Of a stretch of 64,000 nt of DNA, positions 12,110-21,741 are shown piece by piece. A program made the position numbers and the translations under genes. The notes under the pieces are model-generated. The model was not told where the DNA came from. It worked only from the letters and a program-made list of their open reading frames with translations, and searched no databases. The DNA is from an uncultured cyanobacterium (lineage in GTDB: Bacteria > Cyanobacteriota > Cyanobacteriia > Cyanobacteriales > CAWCAG01), in contig CAWDOD010000004.1 in NCBI GenBank assembly GCA_963803805.1, positions 1 to 64,000 of the forward strand. Direction: 5' to 3'. Position 1 is the stretch's first letter. Each line of letters starts with the position of its first letter.

Positions 12110-12475
12110 TCATTGATCATTGTTTAAATCTTGGAGAAACTGAGAAGATACTTTACCTTGGTTTTGCTCTGAAGAAATAGGAGAATAATAAGTCTCATCC
12201 TCAGCTTGATTAGCTTGGAGGAATCCTTTTTTAATTAAGACTTTTAAGTCTTGGGATACTATTTCCTGTTCCTTCTCTAAATAATTTGCCACCTCAGCTA
12301 AGGTACACTTTTTCTTGCGTCTAATCCAGTTAATCATGCGCCGTTGTTCTGGGGGCAAATGAAGGCTCTCCAGACTAGAACCTGCACCAGTATCTCTTGA
12401 TCGTCTACGCTTTTTGCCGAGAAATTCCTCGAATTGCTCTTTTGTCATGGCTACTTTTTCCTTTGTTGACAGCAT
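12110..12475 (-). CDS. Small winged helix-turn-helix protein
   Basis: LPPEQRRMINWIRRKKKCTLAEVANYL...LIKKGFLQ pattern; paralogous to the N-terminus of the 11128 gene. Confidence 0.75.
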   Translation of the reverse strand: MLSTKEKVAMTKEQFEEFLGKKRRRSRDTGAGSSLESLHLPPEQRRMINWIRRKKKCTLAEVANYLEKEQEIVSQDLKVLIKKGFLQANQAEDETYYSPISSEQNQGKVSSQFLQDLNNDQ

Positions 12476-12786
12476 TTTGGAAAAAAATGTCCCTTATGAA
12501 TCAATCAGAGCAAGGAGTTCACCTGTTTAGTTACCCCAGGCTATGGCAAAAAGCGAGAAATATCAACCTTAACCATTAAACCCCTTAACCCTTACCCCAA
12601 CAAGTGTACCTCCGACACAAGAAAAATAGTATTACTAGTGACTGTGACCTTGATTGTTGTTTTAAACTACTAGCAATAAGTCTAGGATGCTTAATAGAGT
12701 TAACGAGTAAGAATCAGCTATAATCGTTGACAGTTAGTTGCTCCAACAACTAAAAAAAATTTCATTTTATAAGAGATTTTATCTTC

Positions 12787-13017
12787 ATGACAGTAATCCA
12801 ACTTGTACAAATTATTTGGTCTGCATCCGCTCTATTATTAATAATTTTGGTACTATTACATAGTCCCAAGGGGGATGGTATAGGCGGTATTGGTGGACAA
12901 GCTCAATTATTTACTAGTACAAAAAGCGCTGAAAAAACTCTCAACCGTGTTACCTGGGCCCTTAGTATTACTTTTATTGCTTTAACTATTGTTTTAAGTG
13001 CAGGTTGGTTAGGGTAG
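12787..13017 (+). CDS. secG: Preprotein translocase subunit SecG
   Basis: LVLLHSPKGDGIGGIGGQAQLFTSTKSAEKTLNRVTW, typical cyanobacterial SecG. Confidence 0.95.
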   Translation: MTVIQLVQIIWSASALLLIILVLLHSPKGDGIGGIGGQAQLFTSTKSAEKTLNRVTWALSITFIALTIVLSAGWLG

Positions 13018-13133
13018 GGGTTATTAATGGATCATGGATAATTGATCATTACTTGAGGAGAAAGGGGAAAGGGTAAGGGGTAAAAGATAATATTGCATCC
13101 GTTTAACTTTCACTAATTGAGGATCTAAAGAGG

Positions 13134-13886
13134 ATGAAAACTGATAAATTGCCTTTAGTGATCGCCTCTTGTTTATTAGTCATAATTCTTGGTTTGGGTT
13201 TAAGGGGAAATGCTACTGATGCTGTATCTCTACCTCTGGCAAAAGTTCATCCCTTGCCTGATTCCTTGATAGGATGGCAATCTGAGGAAACAGTAGGGGA
13301 TTATTTTGACAAAGTTAAGCCAATTCCCCCCGTTGAATATTTAATCTGGTCAGAATTTCCTGTTAAAGTTTATGTTGATAGACCCCAAGGTTCTCCAGAA
13401 TTATCCTACGAAACTGCTAATTTTCCTCAATGGCGGACAGCGGTTTTAGCAGCGGTGGCAGAATGGAATCATTACTTTCGGTTACAAGAAGTTGAAGAAC
13501 CTACCGAAGCGGATATTCTCATCTTGCGCCAAGAACTATCCCCCAGAAAAATCTACGATCCTAAAACCGGAGAATTTCAAGGAACCCGCGCCCGTACAGC
13601 GACAACAGAATATGAGTTTTATCTAGACCAAAGTACTGAGATTTCGCCGGTTTTAGCCCATCGGATGACGATAATTTTGAGTCCTTTTCAAACTGAGTTA
13701 AATCTTTTACCCGCAGCCCGCCATGAACTTGGTCATGCTTTGGGAATCTGGGGACATAGCTTAGAAGAAACAGACTGTCTGTACTTCTCTCAAGTTCGCA
13801 ATCCTCCTCAAATCTCTGTTAGGGATGTCAATACCCTCAAGAAAATTTACCAACAACCAACTAGTTTAGGTTGGGCAATTGATTAA
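13134..13886 (+). CDS. Exported zinc metallopeptidase (matrixin/M10-like)
   Basis: N-terminal hydrophobic segment; HELGHALGIWGH (HExxHxxGxxH). Confidence 0.85.
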   Translation: MKTDKLPLVIASCLLVIILGLGLRGNATDAVSLPLAKVHPLPDSLIGWQSEETVGDYFDKVKPIPPVEYLIWSEFPVKVYVDRPQGSPELSYETANFPQWRTAVLAAVAEWNHYFRLQEVEEPTEADILILRQELSPRKIYDPKTGEFQGTRARTATTEYEFYLDQSTEISPVLAHRMTIILSPFQTELNLLPAARHELGHALGIWGHSLEETDCLYFSQVRNPPQISVRDVNTLKKIYQQPTSLGWAID

Positions 13887-13989
13887 ATTGAATTAAGCAA
13901 TCTCCCTGCCTCCTCTCACCTTTGCCAATACAATATTCTTTACTCAGACGAAAGTCAATTATTCGATCAAAGGCGAAGTCTTTTCTTTT

Positions 13990-14763
13990 ATGAATCTTAT
14001 TATTATTGGTTTTCTTGCTAGTTTAGGAGCAGGGCTAGCAACGGCAGTGGGTGCATTGCCTGTATTATTGCCGATTAAATTAACTGCCAGAATTCAAGCC
14101 ATTGCTTTAGGTTTAGGAGGGGGAGTCATGCTTGCGGCAACGGCATTTTCTTTGATTATGCCAGGAAGCGATGCTGCTATTGCCCAAGGTTTTTCTAGTC
14201 TTGAAGCTGCTTTAATCATGGCTGTGGGAGTAACATTGGGAAGTAGTTTTGTTTGGTTAACCCATAAATATCTGCCCCACGAACATTTTTCTAAAGGAAA
14301 AGAAGGAGCGATCAATACCAAACTTAAGCGTATTTGGCTATTCATTGCCACAATTACCCTCCATAACTTTCCTGAAGGTTTGGCTGTTGGAGTTAACTTT
14401 GGTGCAGGGGATGTTAAGGATGGCATTCCTTTAGCTATTGGTATTGGCTTACAAAATCTTCCTGAAGGGCTGATCGTTGCTTTATCTCTAGTGGCTGAAG
14501 GGTATACTTCAACCTATGCTTTAGGAATTGCCTTGCTAACAGGTTTAGTTGAACCAATCGGCGGTTTATTTGGGGCAGGAGTCGTGGCGATCGCTCAGTT
14601 TATTCTCCCCTGGGCAATGGCTTTTGCGGCGGGTGCGATGTTATTTGTCATCAGTGAAGAAATTATCCCAGAATCCCATAACCAAGGTAAAGATCAAGAA
14701 GCAACGATGGGCATAGTCTTGGGTTTTGTGGTGATGATGTTTCTAGATATAGGCTTAGGATAG
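13990..14763 (+). CDS. ZIP-family divalent metal transporter (GufA/ZupT-like)
   Basis: LHNFPEGLAVG and LQNLPEGL motifs; multiple TM helices. Confidence 0.9.
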   Translation: MNLIIIGFLASLGAGLATAVGALPVLLPIKLTARIQAIALGLGGGVMLAATAFSLIMPGSDAAIAQGFSSLEAALIMAVGVTLGSSFVWLTHKYLPHEHFSKGKEGAINTKLKRIWLFIATITLHNFPEGLAVGVNFGAGDVKDGIPLAIGIGLQNLPEGLIVALSLVAEGYTSTYALGIALLTGLVEPIGGLFGAGVVAIAQFILPWAMAFAAGAMLFVISEEIIPESHNQGKDQEATMGIVLGFVVMMFLDIGLG

Positions 14764-14859
14764 TTTTATCAATGATAAATTTAGGGTTTGCCATTGTCGT
14801 AAACTAAATTAATAATTAGAATTACAGTCCGTAGTTTTATGAATAAGTTTATTGAGCAT

Positions 14860-14892
14860 TGATGCCTAACGGCAACGGCAAGCCATACATTG
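14860..14892 (+). repeat. 33-bp dispersed REP-like element, copy 3
   Basis: TGATGCCTAACGGCAACGGCAAGCCATACATTG between converging genes. Confidence 0.8.
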
Positions 14893-14922
14893 ATTACTGA
14901 TAATTGATCTTAGACGAAGTTC

Positions 14923-15657
14923 CTAAAACTTACTCTGCTGCCGCCGTTTCCAGATTGCTCCTAAACCAAAGGAACCAAATAATAACAAACCTGCTGCTGC
15001 ATTAGACTCAGGTACTTCTACTCGCCTTTGTTCAAATCGCTGGTCGATAAAGGAAATAAATCCCCTAGAATTACCTTCAGTGATAATATCAATTTGATTT
15101 TTAATCCTAACTTTCTGCAATTCTGAACTAATGCCTTGATCGTTGTCTTCTAAGGCAGGATCTTGTAAATCGGGTAAAACACTCTCTGAAGTAGGATTGC
15201 TAACATTAAGTTTACCAATGGTGTCACCATCCATATTTTCAATGGTTTCAGTGACTCTGGTTTGAGCATTCTGCCCTACAAAAGCACCGTTAAAAGCCAG
15301 TCTCGCCCCACTAATGACAAAATCGGGGTCTAGTACTTCGACATTGTAATCCAACAGAACTTCTAATGTCGAATCACGCATTGCCGCAAAGCCACTTTGG
15401 AAGCGTAATCCAAAAGGATCACCGTCATGGGTTATAACATTAATATCATCACAACTACCTGGTCTGGCCATACCGGAAATGTTGATTTGGCAAGAAAAAT
15501 CGCTAAACTTCTTGTCTCCAACAGTAATGCTACCTTCTTCTGTACCGAAGTTAGCTAACAAATCTCCTAAGCTAAAAGTAGCTGAGCGAGCAGGAATGGC
15601 TGTTAATCCTATTGCGGCGGCTGTGGTAAAAGCAAGGGCAAGTGTGCTTTTTAACAT
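14923..15657 (-). CDS. PEP-CTERM-type exported protein
   Basis: Signal peptide; C-terminal VPES, TM helix and KRR basic tail. Confidence 0.8.
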   Translation of the reverse strand: MLKSTLALAFTTAAAIGLTAIPARSATFSLGDLLANFGTEEGSITVGDKKFSDFSCQINISGMARPGSCDDINVITHDGDPFGLRFQSGFAAMRDSTLEVLLDYNVEVLDPDFVISGARLAFNGAFVGQNAQTRVTETIENMDGDTIGKLNVSNPTSESVLPDLQDPALEDNDQGISSELQKVRIKNQIDIITEGNSRGFISFIDQRFEQRRVEVPESNAAAGLLLFGSFGLGAIWKRRQQSKF

Positions 15658-15738
15658 TTTTGATTAGTCCTTTCCTTAATTCCTTTTTGTGACTACTGGA
15701 GTTTTTGAGTTGAAGCCTAATGGTTAACTATGAAGCTA

Positions 15739-16473
15739 TTAGGGTTTATTTTGTTGCCGTTGCTTTCGCCAAAATGAAGCTGTACCAAATAAACCTAAAG
15801 CAATTAAGCCAGAAATCGTACCTGGTTCAGGAACTACTTCGTCGTCGTATGTTTGAGTGATCATACTGATTGAAGCTGTACCATCAAAAGCCGTTAAGAA
15901 AATGTCTTTGGTCACTTCTGCTCTTTTAACTGGTCTGATAAAATCGAAGTCTCCTTGCGAATCTGGTTCAAAATCTGGGTCGCTAAGGTCTGTTAATTCA
16001 TCGGAGTTTGATACAGAAAATTGGGCTACAATCTCATCATCATTATCGGGGTCACTAATAGTTTCTACCACCGTGGCTAAACCGTCTCCAGTGAAGCCTC
16101 CATCAAAAGCAAGTCCAATACCCTCAATCATACCTTCAGGAGCAAGGGATTCAACGGTATAACCCAGTAGGACATCAATAAAAGTATTTTCTCCAGCAAA
16201 GAAATCTGCTTGGAATTTGATCCCTTCACCTAAAGTAATAACTTCTATCTCATCACAACTTCCGGGAGATGTAGGTTCCCCTTCAAAAGAAATATCGCAG
16301 AAAAAGCCGCTAAATTCATGACCGGCCGCTGTTAAAGTTCCGTCGCTGTCAATTAAACTCTGTAAACTCACAGCCCCAACAGGTGCTGCTAACATTGCTG
16401 TAGTAGTGACGGTTGTACCGAAGATGGCTAATGCACTCTGACGAAACATCAAATCTTTTCCCCTCAAACACAT
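15739..16473 (-). CDS. PEP-CTERM exported protein (true start may be ATG 16449)
   Basis: Signal peptide; C-terminal VPEPGT, TM helix and RKQR. Confidence 0.85.
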   Translation of the reverse strand: MCLRGKDLMFRQSALAIFGTTVTTTAMLAAPVGAVSLQSLIDSDGTLTAAGHEFSGFFCDISFEGEPTSPGSCDEIEVITLGEGIKFQADFFAGENTFIDVLLGYTVESLAPEGMIEGIGLAFDGGFTGDGLATVVETISDPDNDDEIVAQFSVSNSDELTDLSDPDFEPDSQGDFDFIRPVKRAEVTKDIFLTAFDGTASISMITQTYDDEVVPEPGTISGLIALGLFGTASFWRKQRQQNKP

Positions 16474-16846
16474 ACTGGTAAGTTTTGGCTTGCTATCAAA
16501 GCAGTTGGTTTAACAAATGCCTCAATATTTAGGCAACCAAAGGAGCATTTTTTTATACTCTCTTTAAAGATATCTAATTTATCAAGCTCTGAATTATACT
16601 TCGTCGAATCTTTATTAAAAATCCGGGATAATCTCTATACCATTAAGTATAAACTTGCAATAATCGATAACTTCTCAAACAAACTTACGTATTTACCTCT
16701 ATCTCTTAAGAAGTAAAGGAGATACCCTAGATTCAGCAAAGAAACCCTAATCCTTAATCACAGTTGAAACCTCATATCTAGGGTGAGAAGCAAAGGAACA
16801 GGAACTAGAATAGGAATATCTTCAATAACTTTGACAGTAATTTCCC

Positions 16847-18253
16847 ATGACTCAGCCAGATAAACTTAATAACGTTGCTGCCAAAATTAGTCAGTGTTTG
16901 GCTCCCCACAAAATAACTTCGACAATGAGAATGCAAGATAATTGCTTACAAATTGTTGTTGAAGCTAAACGAGTTCCTGAGCGAGAGATTGTGGTTACAG
17001 CTATCCAAACAAAGTTATCAGAACTCAATACCAATTCTCTTCAAAAGATCGAGTTATATGGACTGAAAAAGGGAGATAAAATTCCTAGTTGGTATGAAGA
17101 ATTATCTTTGCAAAGCTCATCTGAAATTGTTGTGCAAACCGAGTCAGAGCAACAATTTTCTTTGTTTAACTCAGTGTTGGGAACTGTAGGGGAAACTGCT
17201 GAACGAGCGAAAATCGCAGTTAAAGGAGGAGTGACGGGGGCAGCAGAAGTAGTAGCGGGGACAGCCACAGGCATGAAAAATGTCTTAGGGGGGGCTGCGG
17301 TTCAAGCCACGAAAGGCATGGGTTTTGTGATTGATTTAGTATCTAGTAATGCCCTGTTTGCCAAGTTGACCAAAACTTTACCGGTAGATTGGTTGATTAT
17401 TATTGATCGAGTTGATGTCAATAAAGCAGAAGCAGAAGTCAATAAGCTGCTCAAAAAGTATCCTCAAGAATCTCCGAGGGAAATTGCCCATCGTTTAATG
17501 GTGGAAAAGAGTATTTTAGTTGCGGGTACAGGGGTTGCTAGTAGCTTAGTGCCTGGGGCTGCTGCGGCTATGTTTGCCCTAGATTTAGCCACAACTCTAC
17601 TTTTACAAGCTGAGTTGGTTTATCAAATCGCCTGTGCCTATGGCTTAGATTTAGAAGAAGATGCTAGAAAAGCAGAAGTGTTAGCTATTTTTGGTATCGG
17701 TTTAGGAGGAGGACAAGCTTTGAAAGCCGGGGCTAAGTATGCTGCTAAAGCTAGTCACGGTTTTTTACGGAATATACCCATCGCGGGGCCAGTTATTGGA
17801 GGCAGTACTAATGCAGTTATGCTCTATTCTTTAGGCTATGCGGCTTGTCGTTTTTATGAAGCTAAAGTTAATCCTTTGAATTCTGAAGCAGCTTTAGCCG
17901 CCTCCCAAGCAGAAGGACAAAAATATTTAGAAGGGGCGATCGCTCAAGAAGTGATTATGGATCAAGTGTTAGCTCATGTAGTTGCAGCAGCCCATCCAGA
18001 TAAGAGTTGGGAAGAAATTTTACCGCAACTGGAAACCCTAAACTTAAGTCGTAAATCCCTAGAGGCGATCGCTAATAATATTGATTCACCTGAACCACTA
18101 GAAACCTTGTTAGAGCAAGTCAATAGCGACTTTGCTATACCTCTTTTAGCTCAGTGTTACAAAATTTCTCAACTAGAAGGTGAAATCACCCCCCAAGAAA
18201 ATGAAATATTAGAGAAGATTAACCAAAAGTTGAATAAAGATGCCAACCGCTAA
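16847..18253 (+). CDS. EcsC-family-like protein with TerB-like C-terminus
   Basis: Ala/Gly-rich helices, LQAELVYQIACAYGLD, IPIAGPVIGGSTN; C-terminal LEGEITPQENEILEKI. Confidence 0.6.
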   Translation: MTQPDKLNNVAAKISQCLAPHKITSTMRMQDNCLQIVVEAKRVPEREIVVTAIQTKLSELNTNSLQKIELYGLKKGDKIPSWYEELSLQSSSEIVVQTESEQQFSLFNSVLGTVGETAERAKIAVKGGVTGAAEVVAGTATGMKNVLGGAAVQATKGMGFVIDLVSSNALFAKLTKTLPVDWLIIIDRVDVNKAEAEVNKLLKKYPQESPREIAHRLMVEKSILVAGTGVASSLVPGAAAAMFALDLATTLLLQAELVYQIACAYGLDLEEDARKAEVLAIFGIGLGGGQALKAGAKYAAKASHGFLRNIPIAGPVIGGSTNAVMLYSLGYAACRFYEAKVNPLNSEAALAASQAEGQKYLEGAIAQEVIMDQVLAHVVAAAHPDKSWEEILPQLETLNLSRKSLEAIANNIDSPEPLETLLEQVNSDFAIPLLAQCYKISQLEGEITPQENEILEKINQKLNKDANR

Positions 18254-18366
18254 TAGCTAGTTGCTCTCTCACCATAGGGAGTTATGCAAGGATGAAGCGT
18301 TTACAATATCAAGATTGCTTGCAAGGAACTTCCTGTCAAAAAATATCTTAATTTATAGCAGCAAGT

Positions 18367-18537
18367 TTAGCGAAGATTATGGCTTTCGTTATTGACAAGT
18401 AAGTAGGGGATGGGCTGTTCAGAAGTTTCTACTATGTTGGTTTTTGGTAAAGATTTGACTAAATCAGTATTGTTAGAACTAATGAAAAAGTTTAGTGCAA
18501 ATGTAATGGTTGTTGCTAAAAATAATTTTTCTAGCAT
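18367..18537 (-). CDS. Small 56-aa protein with hydrophobic N-terminus (below the ORF track cut-off)
   Basis: Own translation MLEKLFLATTITFALNFFISSNNTDLVKSLPKTNIVETSEQPIPYLLVNNESHNLR; GGAGG RBS 8 nt upstream of the ATG. Confidence 0.6.
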   Translation of the reverse strand: MLEKLFLATTITFALNFFISSNNTDLVKSLPKTNIVETSEQPIPYLLVNNESHNLR

Positions 18538-19062
18538 TCTACTTTCCTCCTCTGAATAAAATGTCTTTCTTCTACTCTACCAGTAATTACTCTTATGTAC
18601 CACTTAGCATGAGTTCTGTTTCTGTGAAAACTCCCGCAGAAATTTTGCGTAGGTAAAGCCAGCCGTAGGCATCGCACTCACATACAACAAATGTTTGTAC
18701 GTTCTAGCATAACACTCATTACAAAATAATCAAAAATGTAATCCTCCTAAAGAAGTAACTTATAGCACAAACTCCATCTAGGTTTTATGTTTGGGGGGTT
18801 TTCCTACAGTATTTTCCTAATCATTTTGAGCAAAAAATTAAATAGTAGTTTAGGGTATTTAACTAGACATTGGTTTATATAGATACTCTGACTTCTGTTT
18901 TAATTAAAATGTTGCCCAAGTTATTTATTTATTTTTATATAGCTTATAAAGTTGTCTCTATTCTCTATCAAGAAGATTTCAGCTCAAAATAATGAAAATC
19001 TTAACTAGGGAATCTATGCTAAAGATTGATTTATTAAAAAAAACAGGGAGTAAAGCTAGTCT

Positions 19063-20613
19063 ATGGGACGTTTAGCGCTGCTGAGTGTATCTGACAAGAC
19101 AGGCATAGTTGAATTGGCACGACGGTTAGTGGAAGAATTTGAGTTTGAATTAATTGGCAGTGGGGGAACGGCAAAAGTGCTGCGAGAGGCAGGATTATCT
19201 ATTATCGAAGTTGCTGATTATACAAACTCGCCGGAAATACTAGGGGGTAGGGTTAAAACCCTCCATCCTCTTATCCACGGAGGTATCTTAGGACGTAGGG
19301 ATCTACCTGGAGATTGTGCGGAGATGGCAGCGAATCAAATTCGTCCTTTAGATTTGGTGGTAGTGAACCTCTATCCTTTCGAGGAAACCATTGCGAAGCC
19401 GGGTATTAGGATCTCCGAAGCCATTGAAAAGATTGATATTGGTGGTCCAGCCATGTTAAGGGCTGCCGCTAAAAATTTTGCTCATTTGACGGTATTATGC
19501 AATCCGGGGCGCTATGGGGAGTATCTAGAGGAGTTAGACAACCATAAGGGAGAAACATCCCTAGAGTTTCGCCAAGCTAGGGCTAAAGAAGGATTTCTCC
19601 ACACTGCGGCTTATGATCGCGCCATTGCTAATTACTTTTTGGGTTTAGATGAAAAGCCGAGAACTTCTTTACCCGAAAATTATTCCTTAGCAGGAATACA
19701 ACTTCAATCTTTACGTTATGGCGAAAACCCTCACCAGCCAGCTTCTTGGTATCAAGCCGGAACTATTCCTACTGGCTGGAGTGCAGCCCAGAAACTTCAG
19801 GGTAAGGAATTGAGTTATAACAACCTAGTGGATTTGGAAGCAGCAAGGAGAATTATTGCTGAGTTTCCGGCAACAGAACCTACGGCATTAGTCCTCAAAC
19901 ATACCAATCCTTGCGGGGTTGCCATGGGGGAAACTTTGGCAGAAGCCTATGAAAAAGCTTTAAAAGCCGACTCTATTTCTGCTTTTGGGGGTATTGTCGC
20001 CCTTAATCAAGAAATTGATGCAGCTACAGCTAAGGCTTTGAAGCAAACCTTTTTAGAATGTATTGTTGCACCGAGTTGTGATGGTGAAGCCCAAGAAATA
20101 CTAGGGAAAAAGTCAAAGTTAAGGGTGATGTTATTGCCAGACTTAGCGAAAGGAAGCACCGAAAGTATTAAGGCGATCGCCGGAGGATTTTTGGTACAAA
20201 CTGCTGATGATCTGGTGGAAGATCCCCAAAATTGGCAGGTAGTGACCCAAAAGCAACCAACTCCAGAACAGTTAGCCGAATTGTTATTTGCTTGGAAGGT
20301 TTGCAAACACGTTAAATCTAACGCCATTGTGGTAAGTCGCGATCGCACCACTTTAGGCATTGGGGCAGGACAAATGAACCGCATTGGTGCTGCTAAAATT
20401 GCCTTAGAAGAAGGGGGAGAAAGTTGCAAGGGAGCAACCTTAGCTAGCGACGGCTTCTTCCCCTTTGATGACTCTGTAAAAACAGCCGCAGCCGCAGGCA
20501 TTACAGCTATTGTACAACCAGGAGGTTCTTTGCGAGATCAAGATTCCATTGCAGCAGCTAATGAGTTAGGGATAGTGATGGTATTTACAGGAACCAGGCA
20601 TTTCTTACATTGA
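19063..20613 (+). CDS. purH: Bifunctional AICAR formyltransferase / IMP cyclohydrolase
   Basis: ALLSVSDKTG, GGRVKTLHP, IDIGGP, LRYGENPHQ, ASDGFFPF, TRHFLH. Confidence 0.98.
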   Translation: MGRLALLSVSDKTGIVELARRLVEEFEFELIGSGGTAKVLREAGLSIIEVADYTNSPEILGGRVKTLHPLIHGGILGRRDLPGDCAEMAANQIRPLDLVVVNLYPFEETIAKPGIRISEAIEKIDIGGPAMLRAAAKNFAHLTVLCNPGRYGEYLEELDNHKGETSLEFRQARAKEGFLHTAAYDRAIANYFLGLDEKPRTSLPENYSLAGIQLQSLRYGENPHQPASWYQAGTIPTGWSAAQKLQGKELSYNNLVDLEAARRIIAEFPATEPTALVLKHTNPCGVAMGETLAEAYEKALKADSISAFGGIVALNQEIDAATAKALKQTFLECIVAPSCDGEAQEILGKKSKLRVMLLPDLAKGSTESIKAIAGGFLVQTADDLVEDPQNWQVVTQKQPTPEQLAELLFAWKVCKHVKSNAIVVSRDRTTLGIGAGQMNRIGAAKIALEEGGESCKGATLASDGFFPFDDSVKTAAAAGITAIVQPGGSLRDQDSIAAANELGIVMVFTGTRHFLH

Positions 20614-20616
20614 TCT

Positions 20617-20660
20617 AATGGCTAATGGCTAATGGCTAATAGCTAATGGCTAATGGCTAA
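20617..20660 (+). repeat. Heptamer tandem repeat (TAATGGC)x6, STRR-like
   Basis: Read directly. Similar short tracts near 6720, 44213, 54215, 55620 and 63545. Confidence 0.85.
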
Positions 20661-20815
20661 AACTTATACTTGTAGCTTCTCCTCGTGAAGGGGTTTAGGG
20701 GTATAGGGGAGTAAGGGTGTAGGGGTGTAGGAGTGTAAAGATCAAACTTTTGTATCACTCTCCCCATCTCCCTACCTCCCCTCAATCTCAACAAGTAATT
20801 TTTTCTGCCTGACGA

Positions 20816-21700
20816 TTATTGCTCTAACTCAGTATCAATTTCTGCCAACATTCTAGTAGCAGTAGTATAGAGTTCCTGATGACAGGGGCCATTACTAGCC
20901 ATTAACCCACCCCACTGACTAACATCGGGATTGTTGTAGGTTAAATCTTCTCCCTCAAAACTAGTGAACTTACCTCCGGCTTCGGTAAGTACTAATTCTG
21001 GGGCAGCAAAGTCCCAATCTTTGGGGGCTGACTTACCGGAGAGGGAAATATACACATCACATTGCTGTTCCAAGATAGTGGCAACTTTTCGCCCCACACT
21101 ACCAACAAAATGTCTGCTTTGGAAAGGAATCCTCTCCAACATCATATTTAAACGCTTGTTGCGGTGACTGCGACTTGCTACCAAAGATAAATCTTCAATG
21201 CGGTTGCGATCAGCAACCCGGATAGGCTTAACAGTGCCATCGCGGGTTTCCACGAAAGTACCGCCGCCTTTGGTTGCGAAATAAACTTTTTCGGTTTCAG
21301 GAATCACTACCACCGCTAAAACTGGGCGTTGATTGTGGGTAAGGGCAATATGAACGGCATATTCTCCAGTTTTTTCAATAAAGTCCCTTGTACCATCAAG
21401 GGGATCGATAATCCAAACCCAAGGATGATCTACAGGCTTAGATCCTTGGGCTTTGTAAGTTTCTTCGCTAAGATAACCGAAATCTTCTTCCCCCAAGGCT
21501 TCTTTTAAATGTTTGAGGATGTAGTGATTAGCAGCTAAATCTGCTGCTGTGACGGGGCCTCCTTTTTTGTCATTAATTTCTAAATCCCCTTCATTAACCT
21601 CACCACGATAGTAGGAACGCAGAATATCCCCTGCCCCCCAACCTACAGAACAAGCAATTTTAACGATTTCTGTTAAGTTGTCGTATTGATTTTCGCCCAC
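20816..21700 (-). CDS. cysQ: 3'(2'),5'-bisphosphate nucleotidase (inositol monophosphatase family)
   Basis: VTAADL, LSEE, WIIDPLDGTRDF and WDFAAP motifs. Confidence 0.88.
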   Translation of the reverse strand: MGENQYDNLTEIVKIACSVGWGAGDILRSYYRGEVNEGDLEINDKKGGPVTAADLAANHYILKHLKEALGEEDFGYLSEETYKAQGSKPVDHPWVWIIDPLDGTRDFIEKTGEYAVHIALTHNQRPVLAVVVIPETEKVYFATKGGGTFVETRDGTVKPIRVADRNRIEDLSLVASRSHRNKRLNMMLERIPFQSRHFVGSVGRKVATILEQQCDVYISLSGKSAPKDWDFAAPELVLTEAGGKFTSFEGEDLTYNNPDVSQWGGLMASNGPCHQELYTTATRMLAEIDTELEQ

Positions 21701-21741
21701 AGTGTTAACCTTCTCCGTTTAAACCTCTATCTACTTTAGCC

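Larger units (their letters stand above)
1..13306. repeat. Giant inverted repeat (fold-back): 1-6566 is the reverse complement of 6570-13306, apex loop AGC at 6567-6569
   Basis: Bases 1-60 match the reverse complement of ~13251-13306. secG, wHTH, MinD, membrane protein and deaminase all recur in mirror order. Apex reads GATTCAACC-ACAAT-agc-ATTGT-C-GGTTGAATC. Left arm is ~170 bp shorter and full of small indels. Confidence 0.97.

Noticed and set aside
15690-16490. Shared upstream motif TACTGG..AGTTTT before both PEP-CTERM genes
   Set aside because: Too short and variably spaced to support.
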